Source: SAR86 cluster bacterium SAR86A
Lineage (GTDB): Bacteria; Pseudomonadota; Gammaproteobacteria; Magnimaribacterales; D2472
Length of the DNA stretch: 64,000 nt
Assembly: GCA_000252525.1 (NCBI GenBank)
Contig: JH611156.1
Location: 102,219 to 166,218, forward strand
Direction: 5' to 3'
Both the position numbers and the translations under genes were made by a program. This document shows positions 20,219-30,053 of this stretch, piece after piece; position 1 is the stretch's first letter; each line of letters begins with the position of its first letter. The notes beneath the pieces were generated by a model. It was given only the letters and a program-made list of their open reading frames with translations, ran no database searches and had not been told where the DNA came from.

Positions 20219-20496
20219 TCAACAACCCTGGGCACTAAAAAATAGTCATCATTTGATGATGGAGCAACTTCAAGTAAATCTTTTTTTAGATTTTTTGCAG
20301 TCACAATATCTTTTCTTGTTTTTGCAGTTTTTTCTAAAGGATTTGTTAGAGGAGCTACGTCTGAAGTATCAATAATATTCAATTGATCAACAAATTTAAT
20401 AATATTATCTAAATCCTCAATTATTTTTTCTTCTTTTTCATCGTCAATCTTTAGTCTTGAGAGATAAGATATAGTTGTAACTGTTTTCTTGTCCAT
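20215..20496 (-). CDS. gatC: Asp/Glu-tRNA amidotransferase subunit C
   Basis: 93 aa. Overlaps the gatA start by 4 nt. Typical GatC size and position, divergent from mreB. Confidence 0.85.
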   Translation of the reverse strand: MDKKTVTTISYLSRLKIDDEKEEKIIEDLDNIIKFVDQLNIIDTSDVAPLTNPLEKTAKTRKDIVTAKNLKKDLLEVAPSSNDDYFLVPRVVE

Positions 20497-20578
20497 ATAT
20501 AGGATATTATTATAGTTTAGTGGGAGAATATTAACCTAACTAGATTATTAATTAAATTACTTTATAACAGGAAATCAC

Positions 20579-21628
20579 GTGAAATTTAACTTGTTTAAAA
20601 TGGTCGGTGGATATTTTTCCAACGATTTATCAATTGATTTAGGTACTGCAAACACCTTGATATATACGAAAGATGTTGGAATTGTTTTGAATGAACCCTC
20701 AGTGGTTGCCATAAGAGAATCCAGAGGGCAAAAAACAGTTGTTGCTGTTGGAACAGAAGCAAAAAAAATGCTTGGCAGAACTCCTGGTAATATCAAGGCT
20801 ACAAGACCTTTATCTGAGGGGGTTATAGCAGATTTCCAAGTTACGGAAAAAATGCTTCAGCATTTTATTGCAAAAGTTCACGAAAAGCTTTTTATAAAAC
20901 CGAGTCCAAGAGTTCTAGTATGTGTTCCATGCAGATCGACTCAAGTTGAAAGAAGGGCTATTAGAGAGTCGGTCCTAGGTGCTGGTGCAAGAGATGTTAA
21001 ATTGATTGAAGAACCAATGGCTGCAGCCATTGGAGCAGGGCTACCTGTTGAAGAGGCAAGTGGTAATATGGTTGTTGACATAGGTGGTGGTACCTCAGAA
21101 ATTGCAATCTTGTCTTTAAATGGAGTTGTTTATTCAGAATCTGTCAAAATTGGCGGAGATAAAATGGATGAAGCTATTACATCATGGATAAGAAGAAATT
21201 ATGGTTGTGTTATCGGAGAATCAACTGCTGAAAAAATAAAATACACAATTGGTTGTGCTACCGCAGAGTCTGAAAAACTTGAAATGTCTATTACTGGTCG
21301 TAATCTTGCTGAGGGAATACCTGAAACATTTGCCATAAACAGCGAGCAAATTTTTGAAGCAATGAAAGATCCATTATTTGGGATGGTTAGGGCTATAAGA
21401 AATGCCTTAGAGTTGTCTCCCCCTGAACTTGCAGCTGATATTGCTGAGAGAGGAATTGTATTAACTGGTGGAGGAGCACTTATGAGAGATCTTGACAAAT
21501 TGATCTCAAGCTCGACAGGTATTCCAGTTATTGTTGCTGAAGATCCACTCACATGTGTAGCAAGGGGAGGAGGCCAAGCGCTAGAGATAATGGATAAGTA
21601 CAATATAGATCTTCTATCATCTGAGTAA
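20579..21628 (+). CDS. mreB: Rod-shape-determining actin homolog MreB
   Basis: [17 protein letters not shown] and [10 protein letters not shown] motifs. GTG start with AGGA upstream. The ATG at 20600 is an alternative start. Confidence 0.95.
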   Translation: MKFNLFKMVGGYFSNDLSIDLGTANTLIYTKDVGIVLNEPSVVAIRESRGQKTVVAVGTEAKKMLGRTPGNIKATRPLSEGVIADFQVTEKMLQHFIAKVHEKLFIKPSPRVLVCVPCRSTQVERRAIRESVLGAGARDVKLIEEPMAAAIGAGLPVEEASGNMVVDIGGGTSEIAILSLNGVVYSESVKIGGDKMDEAITSWIRRNYGCVIGESTAEKIKYTIGCATAESEKLEMSITGRNLAEGIPETFAINSEQIFEAMKDPLFGMVRAIRNALELSPPELAADIAERGIVLTGGGALMRDLDKLISSSTGIPVIVAEDPLTCVARGGGQALEIMDKYNIDLLSSE

Positions 21629-21633
21629 AAAGA

Positions 21634-22470
21634 ATGGCTAGGAACACGCCAACTCCTGGTCAGAAAATAAGTTATTTTTTAGTAATTCTTTTTGGAGTAT
21701 TTATCTTGTATTTGGATATTAATACTAATACATTCAATGGTATCAAAAATGGTTTCTCTTCCTTTAAAATTTCATCATCATATCTTTTAAAAAAATATTC
21801 TATTGATCAAATTACTGAACTTAGCAGACTATTCAAATCTAAAGACTATCTATCGAAAGAGAACAAAATGCTTAAAGAACAGTTAGACAAAAGCTATCTA
21901 GATAATTTTATTATTTCGAGGGAAAAAAGTTTTTTTTATGACCATAGTTCTTTAAATAAAATAATTAACGGAAATAAATTCATTGAATCTTATTCTCTAG
22001 CTAAATTAAAGAGCTTTAATCCTAATATTTTTAATTGTTGTGATAAGCATAGAATGTATATTGAAATTATTCAAAATACCAATAAAGATATTAAAGAAGG
22101 AGCGGTTTTTAATGAAACTGGAATAATTGGACAAGTCGTCAATAATAAATCTTTTTATGAAGTGATGCTGTTAACAGATACTAAATCAAGCATACCTTTG
22201 ACAAATTCAAAGGGAGATTTCTATTGTAATGCTTCAGGAAGTGGAGCATCTGATTATATTACATGCTCATACAGTCAATTAGTTTGGTTAGATGACCATG
22301 AATTAGGAGAAAAATTCTTTTCATCTGGATTGGGCGGAATTTATCCAAAAGGTATTGAAATTGGAAATTTGGAATCAATAAAAATTGTAGATACATCAAC
22401 GACCTTACTAACAATAAAATTAATTTCTAATCCTCTGCATTCAAATCTATTTGGAGTCATTAAGCTATGA
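21634..22470 (+). CDS. mreC: Rod-shape-determining protein MreC
   Basis: 278 aa. N-terminal TM helix, coiled-coil segment (LSKENKMLKEQLDK), beta-rich C-terminal part. mreBCD order. Confidence 0.8.
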   Translation: MARNTPTPGQKISYFLVILFGVFILYLDINTNTFNGIKNGFSSFKISSSYLLKKYSIDQITELSRLFKSKDYLSKENKMLKEQLDKSYLDNFIISREKSFFYDHSSLNKIINGNKFIESYSLAKLKSFNPNIFNCCDKHRMYIEIIQNTNKDIKEGAVFNETGIIGQVVNNKSFYEVMLLTDTKSSIPLTNSKGDFYCNASGSGASDYITCSYSQLVWLDDHELGEKFFSSGLGGIYPKGIEIGNLESIKIVDTSTTLLTIKLISNPLHSNLFGVIKL

Positions 22471-22943
22471 TGTATAGCTTATTAAAAAAACTATTTTTAA
22501 TAATTTTTATATGTTATGTGGAATATATTCTCGCCCCTGGATTAATCAAGTTAAATATTGTTCTTCCTCTAACTTTTTTAGCCTATTCATTTTATATGTA
22601 CAGATCAAAAAATAATATTGGTCCTGTAGAAGCATTTTGCACTGGACTGTTTATTGATTTGATTTCTAATACATTTTTTGGTCATAATGCTGTTCTCTTT
22701 TGTTTTGCCTCTTACTTAATTAATACATATGCAAATGCATTCAAGTTATTTTCATATCTTCAGGTTTGTATTTTTTTTGGGGTTTCAGCTTCTGCTTATG
22801 TAGGCTTCACTCAGATCATTATTAATTTATATAATTTTTCATACTTAACTTTATTTGTAAGCACATTATTTAATATTCTTCTTTGTATCTCGATTGCAAT
22901 TTTGTCCGTATATTTCCCCTCTTTAACAAATAGAAAAATATAA
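22467..22943 (+). CDS. mreD: Rod-shape-determining protein MreD
   Basis: 158 aa polytopic membrane protein. Overlaps the mreC stop by 4 nt. Confidence 0.75.
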   Translation: MMYSLLKKLFLIIFICYVEYILAPGLIKLNIVLPLTFLAYSFYMYRSKNNIGPVEAFCTGLFIDLISNTFFGHNAVLFCFASYLINTYANAFKLFSYLQVCIFFGVSASAYVGFTQIIINLYNFSYLTLFVSTLFNILLCISIAILSVYFPSLTNRKI

Positions 22944-22946
22944 AGA

Positions 22947-25298
22947 ATGAACTTGTTATTAAGAGTATCCAAGCTTTTTTTATTTATCTTGATAATGATA
23001 TTTTTTATTTTTATTTTGACCTACTCTATTTTTATATTTAAACCCGATTTAGCTTTAAATACCTCAAATAAACTCGGACTAACAGACTATAAAATTAATT
23101 TTGAAGAAATAGATTCAAATAAAAATCTGCTTAAACCAACTTATTCTGTAAAAAACATAAAAGTCTATGATAAAAATTCAAACGTATTGATGATTATTGA
23201 ATCACTGAAGATAGGTATAAATGTGCTCAGATCTTTGAGCAGTGATTTAATAGTGATCAATGAACTAGAAATCGTAAATTTTACAAATCAAATTGATAGT
23301 AAATCTGAAGGATTTTTCTTAACAAATGTAAATATTGAAATTAATGATTTATTAATAAAATCTAATGACTTGAATTTGAATGTATCTAAGTCATACATTT
23401 CAATGAAAATTGATGATATCTCTGTTGTAAGTCTTGAGGGCAGCATCAATGAGTCATATTTCGATAAATTAGAGTTGTTTTTGCCTAACTCCTCACAAAA
23501 ATTATTTTTTTTAGGCACATTTTATTTAAATGAGAAAGATATTATTAATCGAAACTTAATTAATCTAGATTCATTTGATAGCGCTAAGATAAATTTAATT
23601 GTTGAAAGCAATGGAACTCTTGATTTAGAAAATTTAACGATTGAGAGTTTTAATAAATATAATTTCTATGAATCAAGTCTTGAAACAGAGTCCAAGTTTT
23701 TAATAGATGCTATTAATTTAGAATTATTTGAGGGAGATGATGAAAATCTTTACGGTAAATTTAAAGCAAATATTCCTGATCAGATCATTCAAGGATCAAT
23801 GTATGTAAGTGACAGCGTTATCATCAAAACAAATTTAGAAATCGATCTGAGCCAAATTATTAATGATCAAAGATATTTTGGTATAAAGGGAAAGGAAACT
23901 TTTAAGACAACTTTAGAAATCAAAGACAATGTATCGTCATTGTCACTAGAGAGCGATCTCACAAATACTGAATTTAATTCAGAAATAGATGAAATTTCCA
24001 AAAATATTAAAGATAAGCTCTTCACTACGATCAAAATAAGAAATTTGTCTAACCCCTCTTACTTAATAAAAAATAAAAAATTTGAAGCTTTTTTCGATAA
24101 TAAAAATAATGGATATTTTGACTTTGGAAATGGTTTTAGCGAAGAAACTGTTTCATCAAAACAAGAGCTTGATGGTTTTTACATTTATTTAAACCTTAAA
24201 GACATCAATATAGAAAACTTATTAGTAGATTCTAGTGGAAATAATACATCTAACCTAAAATCAATTTTTATTAAGAGTAAAACACTTAATCTATTCAATA
24301 ATACTTATAACAATCAAACACTGAAAATTTTATTCAATGAAAATGAAACATATGCAAATTTTTATGGCAAAAATCTAAATGGAAGCATAAGAATAGATAA
24401 CTCAGGGTTTACCAGAATTGATGTATTTGACACAAAATTTGAATTTAATGGAGTAAGTCTTGCTAACACAGATATTTCCTTAAATGACAATATCAACATA
24501 AGGTTCGTAGGAAAGAACATTCAGACTTATGATGATGTGTTTCAAGATGTTGATTTTTATTTTCTTAGAAACAAAAAAATTACAACTATAGATAATATAA
24601 ATATTAGGAGCAAAAATTTCTACATAGGGCCTTATGCAAAGAAAAAAGCATATATAAGCTTCAATCGAAATGAGGACTTATACAAAGTTAGAGGCTCATA
24701 TGAAATTAATACTGATAATTTTCCCTTTAAGGATTCTATAAACTATGATTTTGGCTATTTATCTTCTGATCTTAATATTCAATGGAACAGTTTAAGTGAA
24801 CTTAGAAATTTGGAAGGTGAAATCAAGTTTTTAATTAAAGATCTTGAGTCTAAAGCATCTCTACCAGATTCTGCATTTTTAAGAGCCCTTAGAATTTTTA
24901 ATCTAAATGCAATTGTAGAAGGAATAAATAGTGATTCTTTGCTTGGATCAAGAAATCTTATAATTAAACGAGCAGAAGGTGACTTTTATGTAGGTCAAAA
25001 TCGAGCATTAATTAATAAACCTATCAAACTTGAGACAGCTGAAGCAAAAATGGAATGGATGGGAGAAGTACTTAAAGATAATGTTGGCATATTAAACGAA
25101 CTTAATCTTGATCTTGAGATGAGATTAAAACTTTCTGAAAATATTCCATGGTATGCAGCTGTATTTGGAGGTATTCCTGCATTAGCAGGCGGTTTTATTT
25201 TTGAAAATATTGTAGATGAGCGTTTGGATGATGCTTCAACTTTTCAATTTAAAGTAACTGGCAATATTACCGATCCAAAAATTGAAAGATTAAATTAA
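22947..25298 (+). CDS. yhdP: YhdP/AsmA-like envelope protein (short form)
   Basis: 783 aa. N-terminal TM anchor, long Asn/Ile/Lys-rich beta-type region. C-terminus IPWYAAVFGGIPALAGG...FQFKVTGNITDPKIERL resembles the YhdP/AsmA_2 end. Lies downstream of mreBCD, as yhdP does in E. coli and Pseudomonas. Confidence 0.55.
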   Translation: MNLLLRVSKLFLFILIMIFFIFILTYSIFIFKPDLALNTSNKLGLTDYKINFEEIDSNKNLLKPTYSVKNIKVYDKNSNVLMIIESLKIGINVLRSLSSDLIVINELEIVNFTNQIDSKSEGFFLTNVNIEINDLLIKSNDLNLNVSKSYISMKIDDISVVSLEGSINESYFDKLELFLPNSSQKLFFLGTFYLNEKDIINRNLINLDSFDSAKINLIVESNGTLDLENLTIESFNKYNFYESSLETESKFLIDAINLELFEGDDENLYGKFKANIPDQIIQGSMYVSDSVIIKTNLEIDLSQIINDQRYFGIKGKETFKTTLEIKDNVSSLSLESDLTNTEFNSEIDEISKNIKDKLFTTIKIRNLSNPSYLIKNKKFEAFFDNKNNGYFDFGNGFSEETVSSKQELDGFYIYLNLKDINIENLLVDSSGNNTSNLKSIFIKSKTLNLFNNTYNNQTLKILFNENETYANFYGKNLNGSIRIDNSGFTRIDVFDTKFEFNGVSLANTDISLNDNINIRFVGKNIQTYDDVFQDVDFYFLRNKKITTIDNINIRSKNFYIGPYAKKKAYISFNRNEDLYKVRGSYEINTDNFPFKDSINYDFGYLSSDLNIQWNSLSELRNLEGEIKFLIKDLESKASLPDSAFLRALRIFNLNAIVEGINSDSLLGSRNLIIKRAEGDFYVGQNRALINKPIKLETAEAKMEWMGEVLKDNVGILNELNLDLEMRLKLSENIPWYAAVFGGIPALAGGFIFENIVDERLDDASTFQFKVTGNITDPKIERLN

Positions 25299-26630
25299 AT
25301 ATAAAGTTGCTAACCCAAGAAAAGATATAAAACCAATTACGTCTGTAAAAGTAGTTACAACAACACTCCCACCAATTGCAGGATCCTGATTAAATTTTCT
25401 TAGAATCAGTGGCACCAGTATTCCTGCAATTACAGAACTAACTAAGTTAATAACTAGAGCACATGAAATTAAGACTGCAAGCATCTTATCTTGAAACCAA
25501 AGATATGTTGATGCTCCTACAAGCACAGACAGTACTATTCCATTTATTATTGATACTGCAAGCTCTCTTTTGAATAACCACCTTATATTTGATGTATTTA
25601 TTTGCTCTAAAGTAAGTCCTCTTAGAACAATGGTTAGTGTTTGAGTTGCAGCAACGCCTCCCATACTTGCTACTATTGGCATTAATACTGCTAAGTAGAC
25701 AATTTTATCAAGGGCATCTTGAAAAAGATTAATTGCACTTGCTGCTATAAATGCAGTTACAAGATTCATGCTTAACCAAAATACTCTGCTTTTTGCTGCT
25801 CTTCCAGGTGGTGCAAAAGTATCTTCAGCAACTCCTGCCATGCCTAGAAGATTCTGGTCAGCATCTTCCCTTATGACGTCCACAACATCATCTATAGTTA
25901 TTCTTCCAATAAGTTTTCCATTGTCATCAACTACAGCAGAAGATATCAAATCATTTCTTTCAAAAGTAGTTGCCACATCCTTATCATCCATATTTACATT
26001 CAAAGGCATTGAACTTGTTTCCATAATTTCTCTAACAACCATAGATGGATTACTCGTAATAATATTACTAATAGTTAATTCACCTAAATATTCATTATCA
26101 TTGTTAACAACAAAGATTTTGTCTGTATTTTCAGGTAATTTTTTCTGACCTCTAAGATAATTTGTCACAACTTCAATTGAATTTTCAGGACGCACACTTA
26201 TTACATCTGTATTTAGGAGACCTCCAGCAGTATTTTCAGGAAATTTAAGGCCAACCTCAATTCGCTTTCTATCAATCTGAGACATACCAGAAAGAATTTT
26301 TTTCATTCTTTCCTCAGGTAGATTCTGAAGAATGTCTACAATTTCATCTAACTCCAACTCTTTAACAGCTTCTGCTAATTCTTCGTTTGAAATACTGGAA
26401 ATCAAATCTTGTTGTATTTCTTCTCCCAATTCGAACAATACATCACCTTCTTCCTCAGTTTTTAAAAGAGAGAAAAGCAGATTTCTTTGTTTAGGAGGAG
26501 AGGATTCGAGGGCGTGAGCAATTTCAGATGAGGACATTTTATTTAAGAGTCTTCTAATTTGATTTAGAGAAAGATTTGATGATTCATCTATTATTGTTTC
26601 AAGATTATTTTTGCTCTCAACATTATCCAT
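25290..26630 (-). CDS. mgtE: Magnesium transporter MgtE
   Basis: 446 aa. MgtE N-domain, tandem CBS region, five C-terminal TM helices with PIVASMGGVAATQT. Confidence 0.9.
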   Translation of the reverse strand: MDNVESKNNLETIIDESSNLSLNQIRRLLNKMSSSEIAHALESSPPKQRNLLFSLLKTEEEGDVLFELGEEIQQDLISSISNEELAEAVKELELDEIVDILQNLPEERMKKILSGMSQIDRKRIEVGLKFPENTAGGLLNTDVISVRPENSIEVVTNYLRGQKKLPENTDKIFVVNNDNEYLGELTISNIITSNPSMVVREIMETSSMPLNVNMDDKDVATTFERNDLISSAVVDDNGKLIGRITIDDVVDVIREDADQNLLGMAGVAEDTFAPPGRAAKSRVFWLSMNLVTAFIAASAINLFQDALDKIVYLAVLMPIVASMGGVAATQTLTIVLRGLTLEQINTSNIRWLFKRELAVSIINGIVLSVLVGASTYLWFQDKMLAVLISCALVINLVSSVIAGILVPLILRKFNQDPAIGGSVVVTTFTDVIGFISFLGLATLYLI

Positions 26631-26651
26631 AATGTCATTTTAACCTAATAA

Positions 26652-27917
26652 TTATCTGTCTCTTGATGATGGAATATTATTTCTCTTTCTGTATTTTGTT
26701 ATGGTTCTTCTTGCTAAATTAAATCCTCTTTTATTGAGCTCAATAGTAATTTGTTTATCACTTTTAGGTTTATTTTCATGTTTAATAATATCTTTAATCA
26801 GATTCATTAATTGAATAGAGGTAATATTTCTTGACTTAGAAACTGAAGAAACCATTAAAGATTTTAGGGGCATAATGCCCTTAGGAGTATCAATATATTT
26901 ATTTTTTAAAATTCTTGAGACTGTAGAAGGATGGAGTCCTAATTCCTCTGATATTTCTTTATTGGTCAATGTTTCAATTTTTATTGGATTATTTTTGAAA
27001 AAATTTATTTGTTTTGAAAAAATATACTCTCCAACTTTAAGAACCGTATCGTTTCTTTTTTTCACTGAAGATAACAACCACCTAGCTTCAGAAATTTTTT
27101 CAGATATTTCAGAATTTTTATTTTTTTTCAAATCTTTTTTGATATTTTTTGTTAAATCTTCATCAATTTTGATTTTTGGAAAATCATTATTTATGAATTT
27201 AATTTTCGAATTATTATTTTCAACAACTATCTTTAAATCAGGGTATATATATTTTGATTCTTCAAAGTTTAAACCTGGGCTTAGATCACATTTTTTAATT
27301 TCTTTTAGTGCAGATTCAAAAGACTCAATAGTTCCACCATTCTCGATAAAATCCATTTGAATCTTATCTAAGTCGTCCATTGACTCATTCAAAATTATCA
27401 GCATGCAAATCTTAAAAGTTTTTTTTGAAATATTTTTATTCCTTAATTGAATTTCAATACACTCTTTATGATTTCTGTAACCTATACCATATGGAGATAA
27501 TTTATGAATTATGTTTAGGAGCACTGATTCTATTTCATCAACATTACATTCAAAGCTTGCAATATCTTTTAATTCATCAATTTCTTCCCATAGCTTCCCA
27601 GCTTCGTCAATGCTATCAATTATGAGCTTTGATATTTTTAATGATTTGCTATCAATATTTAAATCATTGATTTGATCGAGCAAGCTATCTCTAAGAGTTT
27701 TCTTAGATTCAATTTCGTACGAAAATTCTTCATCAATTGAACTTGTAATGTCGTAATCCTCTTCCTTTTCAATGAATGGATTATCTTCAATCTCCTGATG
27801 AATTTTATTGATAAGTTCATATCGAGACAATTGAAGAAGATCAATGGACTTTTTAAGTGAGGGCGTTAAAGTAACTTTTTGGCTTTGTTGAATTTTTTGA
27901 GATAAAGCTATACCCAT
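26652..27917 (-). CDS. rpoN: RNA polymerase sigma-54 factor
   Basis: 421 aa. Region I LTPSLKKSIDLLQLSRYEL, C-terminal HTH and RpoN box ARRTITKYRKRNNIP. Directly downstream of lptB. Confidence 0.9.
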   Translation of the reverse strand: MGIALSQKIQQSQKVTLTPSLKKSIDLLQLSRYELINKIHQEIEDNPFIEKEEDYDITSSIDEEFSYEIESKKTLRDSLLDQINDLNIDSKSLKISKLIIDSIDEAGKLWEEIDELKDIASFECNVDEIESVLLNIIHKLSPYGIGYRNHKECIEIQLRNKNISKKTFKICMLIILNESMDDLDKIQMDFIENGGTIESFESALKEIKKCDLSPGLNFEESKYIYPDLKIVVENNNSKIKFINNDFPKIKIDEDLTKNIKKDLKKNKNSEISEKISEARWLLSSVKKRNDTVLKVGEYIFSKQINFFKNNPIKIETLTNKEISEELGLHPSTVSRILKNKYIDTPKGIMPLKSLMVSSVSKSRNITSIQLMNLIKDIIKHENKPKSDKQITIELNKRGFNLARRTITKYRKRNNIPSSRDR

Positions 27918-28630
27918 TAGTTATACATATTCCCTAAATAGACATCTTTAACAACTTGATTTGAAATTAAATTTTCTTTTGTACCATGAGCGATAATTTC
28001 TCCATTATTTATGATTGCTGCATGATCACATATCTCTAATGTTTCTCTAACATTATGGTCAGTTATTAATATGCCAATCCCCTTATTTTTAAGAGTATTT
28101 AAAACTTTCTTAATCTCTTCAATTGCTATTGGATCTATGCCTGCAAATGGCTCGTCGAGAAGAATCATTTTTGGATTAGATACGAGGGTTCTTGCGATTT
28201 CAACTTTTCTTCTTTGACCTCCAGAAAGTTGTCTGCCTTTAAGATCTCTGATTTCTAGTAAATCAAACTCATCAAGTAATTTTTCTACAGTGGTTTTAAT
28301 ATCATTATTATTTTTAAATGTTAATTCTGCTAATCCAAAAAGATTTTCATAAACAGTAAGATTTTGAAAAATAGATGGTTCTTGGGGGAGATACTTTATA
28401 CCTAAATTTGATCTCTTATGCATAGGCATATTTGTAATATCTTGATCGATAAATTCAATCTGACCAGAATCAGATTTTGTTAAGCCTGCAATAATATAAA
28501 ATGAAGTTGTTTTTCCGGCTCCATTTGGACCTAATAAACCACATATTTGACCAAAATTTAAGCTAAATGAAATTCCATTTAGAATTTTCTTGTCTTTAAT
28601 AATTTTTGAAACGGAATTTACTTTTAACAT
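27917..28630 (-). CDS. lptB: LPS export ABC transporter ATPase LptB
   Basis: 237 aa. Walker A GPNGAGKTT, signature LSGGQRRKVEIAR, Walker B LLDEPFAGIDP. lptA-lptB-rpoN order. Confidence 0.92.
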   Translation of the reverse strand: MLKVNSVSKIIKDKKILNGISFSLNFGQICGLLGPNGAGKTTSFYIIAGLTKSDSGQIEFIDQDITNMPMHKRSNLGIKYLPQEPSIFQNLTVYENLFGLAELTFKNNNDIKTTVEKLLDEFDLLEIRDLKGRQLSGGQRRKVEIARTLVSNPKMILLDEPFAGIDPIAIEEIKKVLNTLKNKGIGILITDHNVRETLEICDHAAIINNGEIIAHGTKENLISNQVVKDVYLGNMYN

Positions 28631-29040
28631 TATTTTTCAGATAACAAACTACCTGTTTGAGGATTAAAAACAATCTTATCAGAAGAAATATTTATATTTT
28701 CGTAGAACATAGTAGCATCACCAATTAAATGAACTTTTTCATCATTAAAAATAATTATTTTATTTGCTTTACCATTAAAAAAAGAATCATCTTTATTTGA
28801 AGTAATTAAAGATGGATTTCCGCTGACATATATTACGTCGTCCTTATTATTGTATGTTGCATCTGTTGCAGATATATTTATGAATTCTGATCTTATCTCA
28901 ACATTGTTTTTAAATGCTATGGAGTTTTCAGATCTAATAAATTCAACAATGTCAGAGGAAATGTTTATTTTTTCGTTTATATCTGCATGATTTAGTAGGC
29001 TTATCACCGAAAATAGAATTAAAAGATATCTAATTTTCAA
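28630..29040 (-). CDS. lptA: Periplasmic LPS transport protein LptA (OstA-N fold, short)
   Basis: 136 aa with a signal peptide. KINISSD...FKNNVEI...INISATDA...VSGNP...GKANKIII...LIGDA aligns by eye with the E. coli LptA beta-jellyroll repeats rather than with membrane-anchored LptC. Confidence 0.7.
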   Translation of the reverse strand: MKIRYLLILFSVISLLNHADINEKINISSDIVEFIRSENSIAFKNNVEIRSEFINISATDATYNNKDDVIYVSGNPSLITSNKDDSFFNGKANKIIIFNDEKVHLIGDATMFYENINISSDKIVFNPQTGSLLSEK

Positions 29041-30006
29041 TTATAAGATCCTTGCTTGAATTAGATCATGCATTGTTATAACTCCTGCGTAAGACTTTTT
29101 CTTAAGAACAACTAGAGTAAAAATTTTGTTTTTTTCCATAATTTCTGCAGCATTTACAGCCAAGTCAGATGCATCAATTGTTTTAAAGTTTTTTGTCATA
29201 ACATCAGAGATTTTAGTAGATTGAATATCAACCTTTTTATTTATACACCTTCTTAGGTCACCGTCAGTGAATATTCCCACAACTTTATTTTTATTAAGTA
29301 CAAGAGTTATCCCTAAACTTTTTTTTGTCATTTCGATAAGCGCCTTATCAAGAATCATGGATTGACTAACTTTAGGTACAGATTTACCAGTATGCATAAG
29401 ATCTTCAACTCTAGTTATTAATTTTTTACCTAACTTCCCAGCTGGGTGTGAGTATGCAAAATCTTTTTTTGAAAAACCTTTGGCTTCTAAAAGCGCTATT
29501 GCTAGAGCATCACCCAATGCCAATGTATTAGTAGTTGATGATGTCGGAGCTAAATCAAGAGGACAAGCCTCTTTACCAGATTTAATAACAATTGAAATAT
29601 CTGTTCTTTTTGATATTGACGATGTTTTATTTCCAGTAATTGATGCTACTTTTTTTGCATGCCTTTTTAAAGAAGGCAAAATATTAATAATTTCGTCTGT
29701 CTCGCCAGAGTTAGATATGAGAAGAACAATATCTTTCTTATTAATTAAGCCCATATCTCCATGCGCAGCTTCAGTTGGATGAATAAATATTGACGCAGTA
29801 CCTGTACTTGAAAGAGTAGCTGCAATTTTTTGACCAATATGACCAGATTTCCCAACACCCATAACTATTAAAGCACCTTTAGAGCTTATGATGCATTCAC
29901 ATAAACTTGTAAATGAGGTATCTAATTGATTTGAAATACTTTTAATTGAATCTGACTCAATTTTTAGTGTTCTTTTAGCAGATGCAATGTAATTGTACTT
30001 TTTCAT
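29041..30006 (-). CDS. kdsD: Arabinose-5-phosphate isomerase KdsD
   Basis: 321 aa. SIS domain GVGKSGHIGQKIAATLSSTG plus a C-terminal CBS pair. Confidence 0.9.
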   Translation of the reverse strand: MKKYNYIASAKRTLKIESDSIKSISNQLDTSFTSLCECIISSKGALIVMGVGKSGHIGQKIAATLSSTGTASIFIHPTEAAHGDMGLINKKDIVLLISNSGETDEIINILPSLKRHAKKVASITGNKTSSISKRTDISIVIKSGKEACPLDLAPTSSTTNTLALGDALAIALLEAKGFSKKDFAYSHPAGKLGKKLITRVEDLMHTGKSVPKVSQSMILDKALIEMTKKSLGITLVLNKNKVVGIFTDGDLRRCINKKVDIQSTKISDVMTKNFKTIDASDLAVNAAEIMEKNKIFTLVVLKKKSYAGVITMHDLIQARIL

Positions 30007-30038
30007 AAAAAAATTATAGAAATATTCAAATATTCAAA

Positions 30039-30047
30039 TGTTATAAT
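30039..30047 (+). promoter_or_regulatory. Extended -10 element TGTTATAAT upstream of mlaC
   Basis: Perfect TGnTATAAT. The hexamer ends 6 nt before the mlaC ATG (30054) and no SD lies between them. Confidence 0.4.
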
Positions 30048-30053
30048 AGACCA

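Noticed and set aside
26875-27360. A 161-aa ORF antisense to rpoN. Similar long antisense ORFs lie at 2640-3029 (pnp), 5575-5985 (ychF), 21199-21603 (mreB), 25768-26148 (mgtE), 48431-48760 (mraY) and 62907-63323 (eno).
   Set aside because: All are fully nested in well-supported genes. Their Phe/Ser/Ile/Leu-rich compositions are what the complement of Lys/Glu/Asn-rich sense codons produces. None has a recognisable motif.
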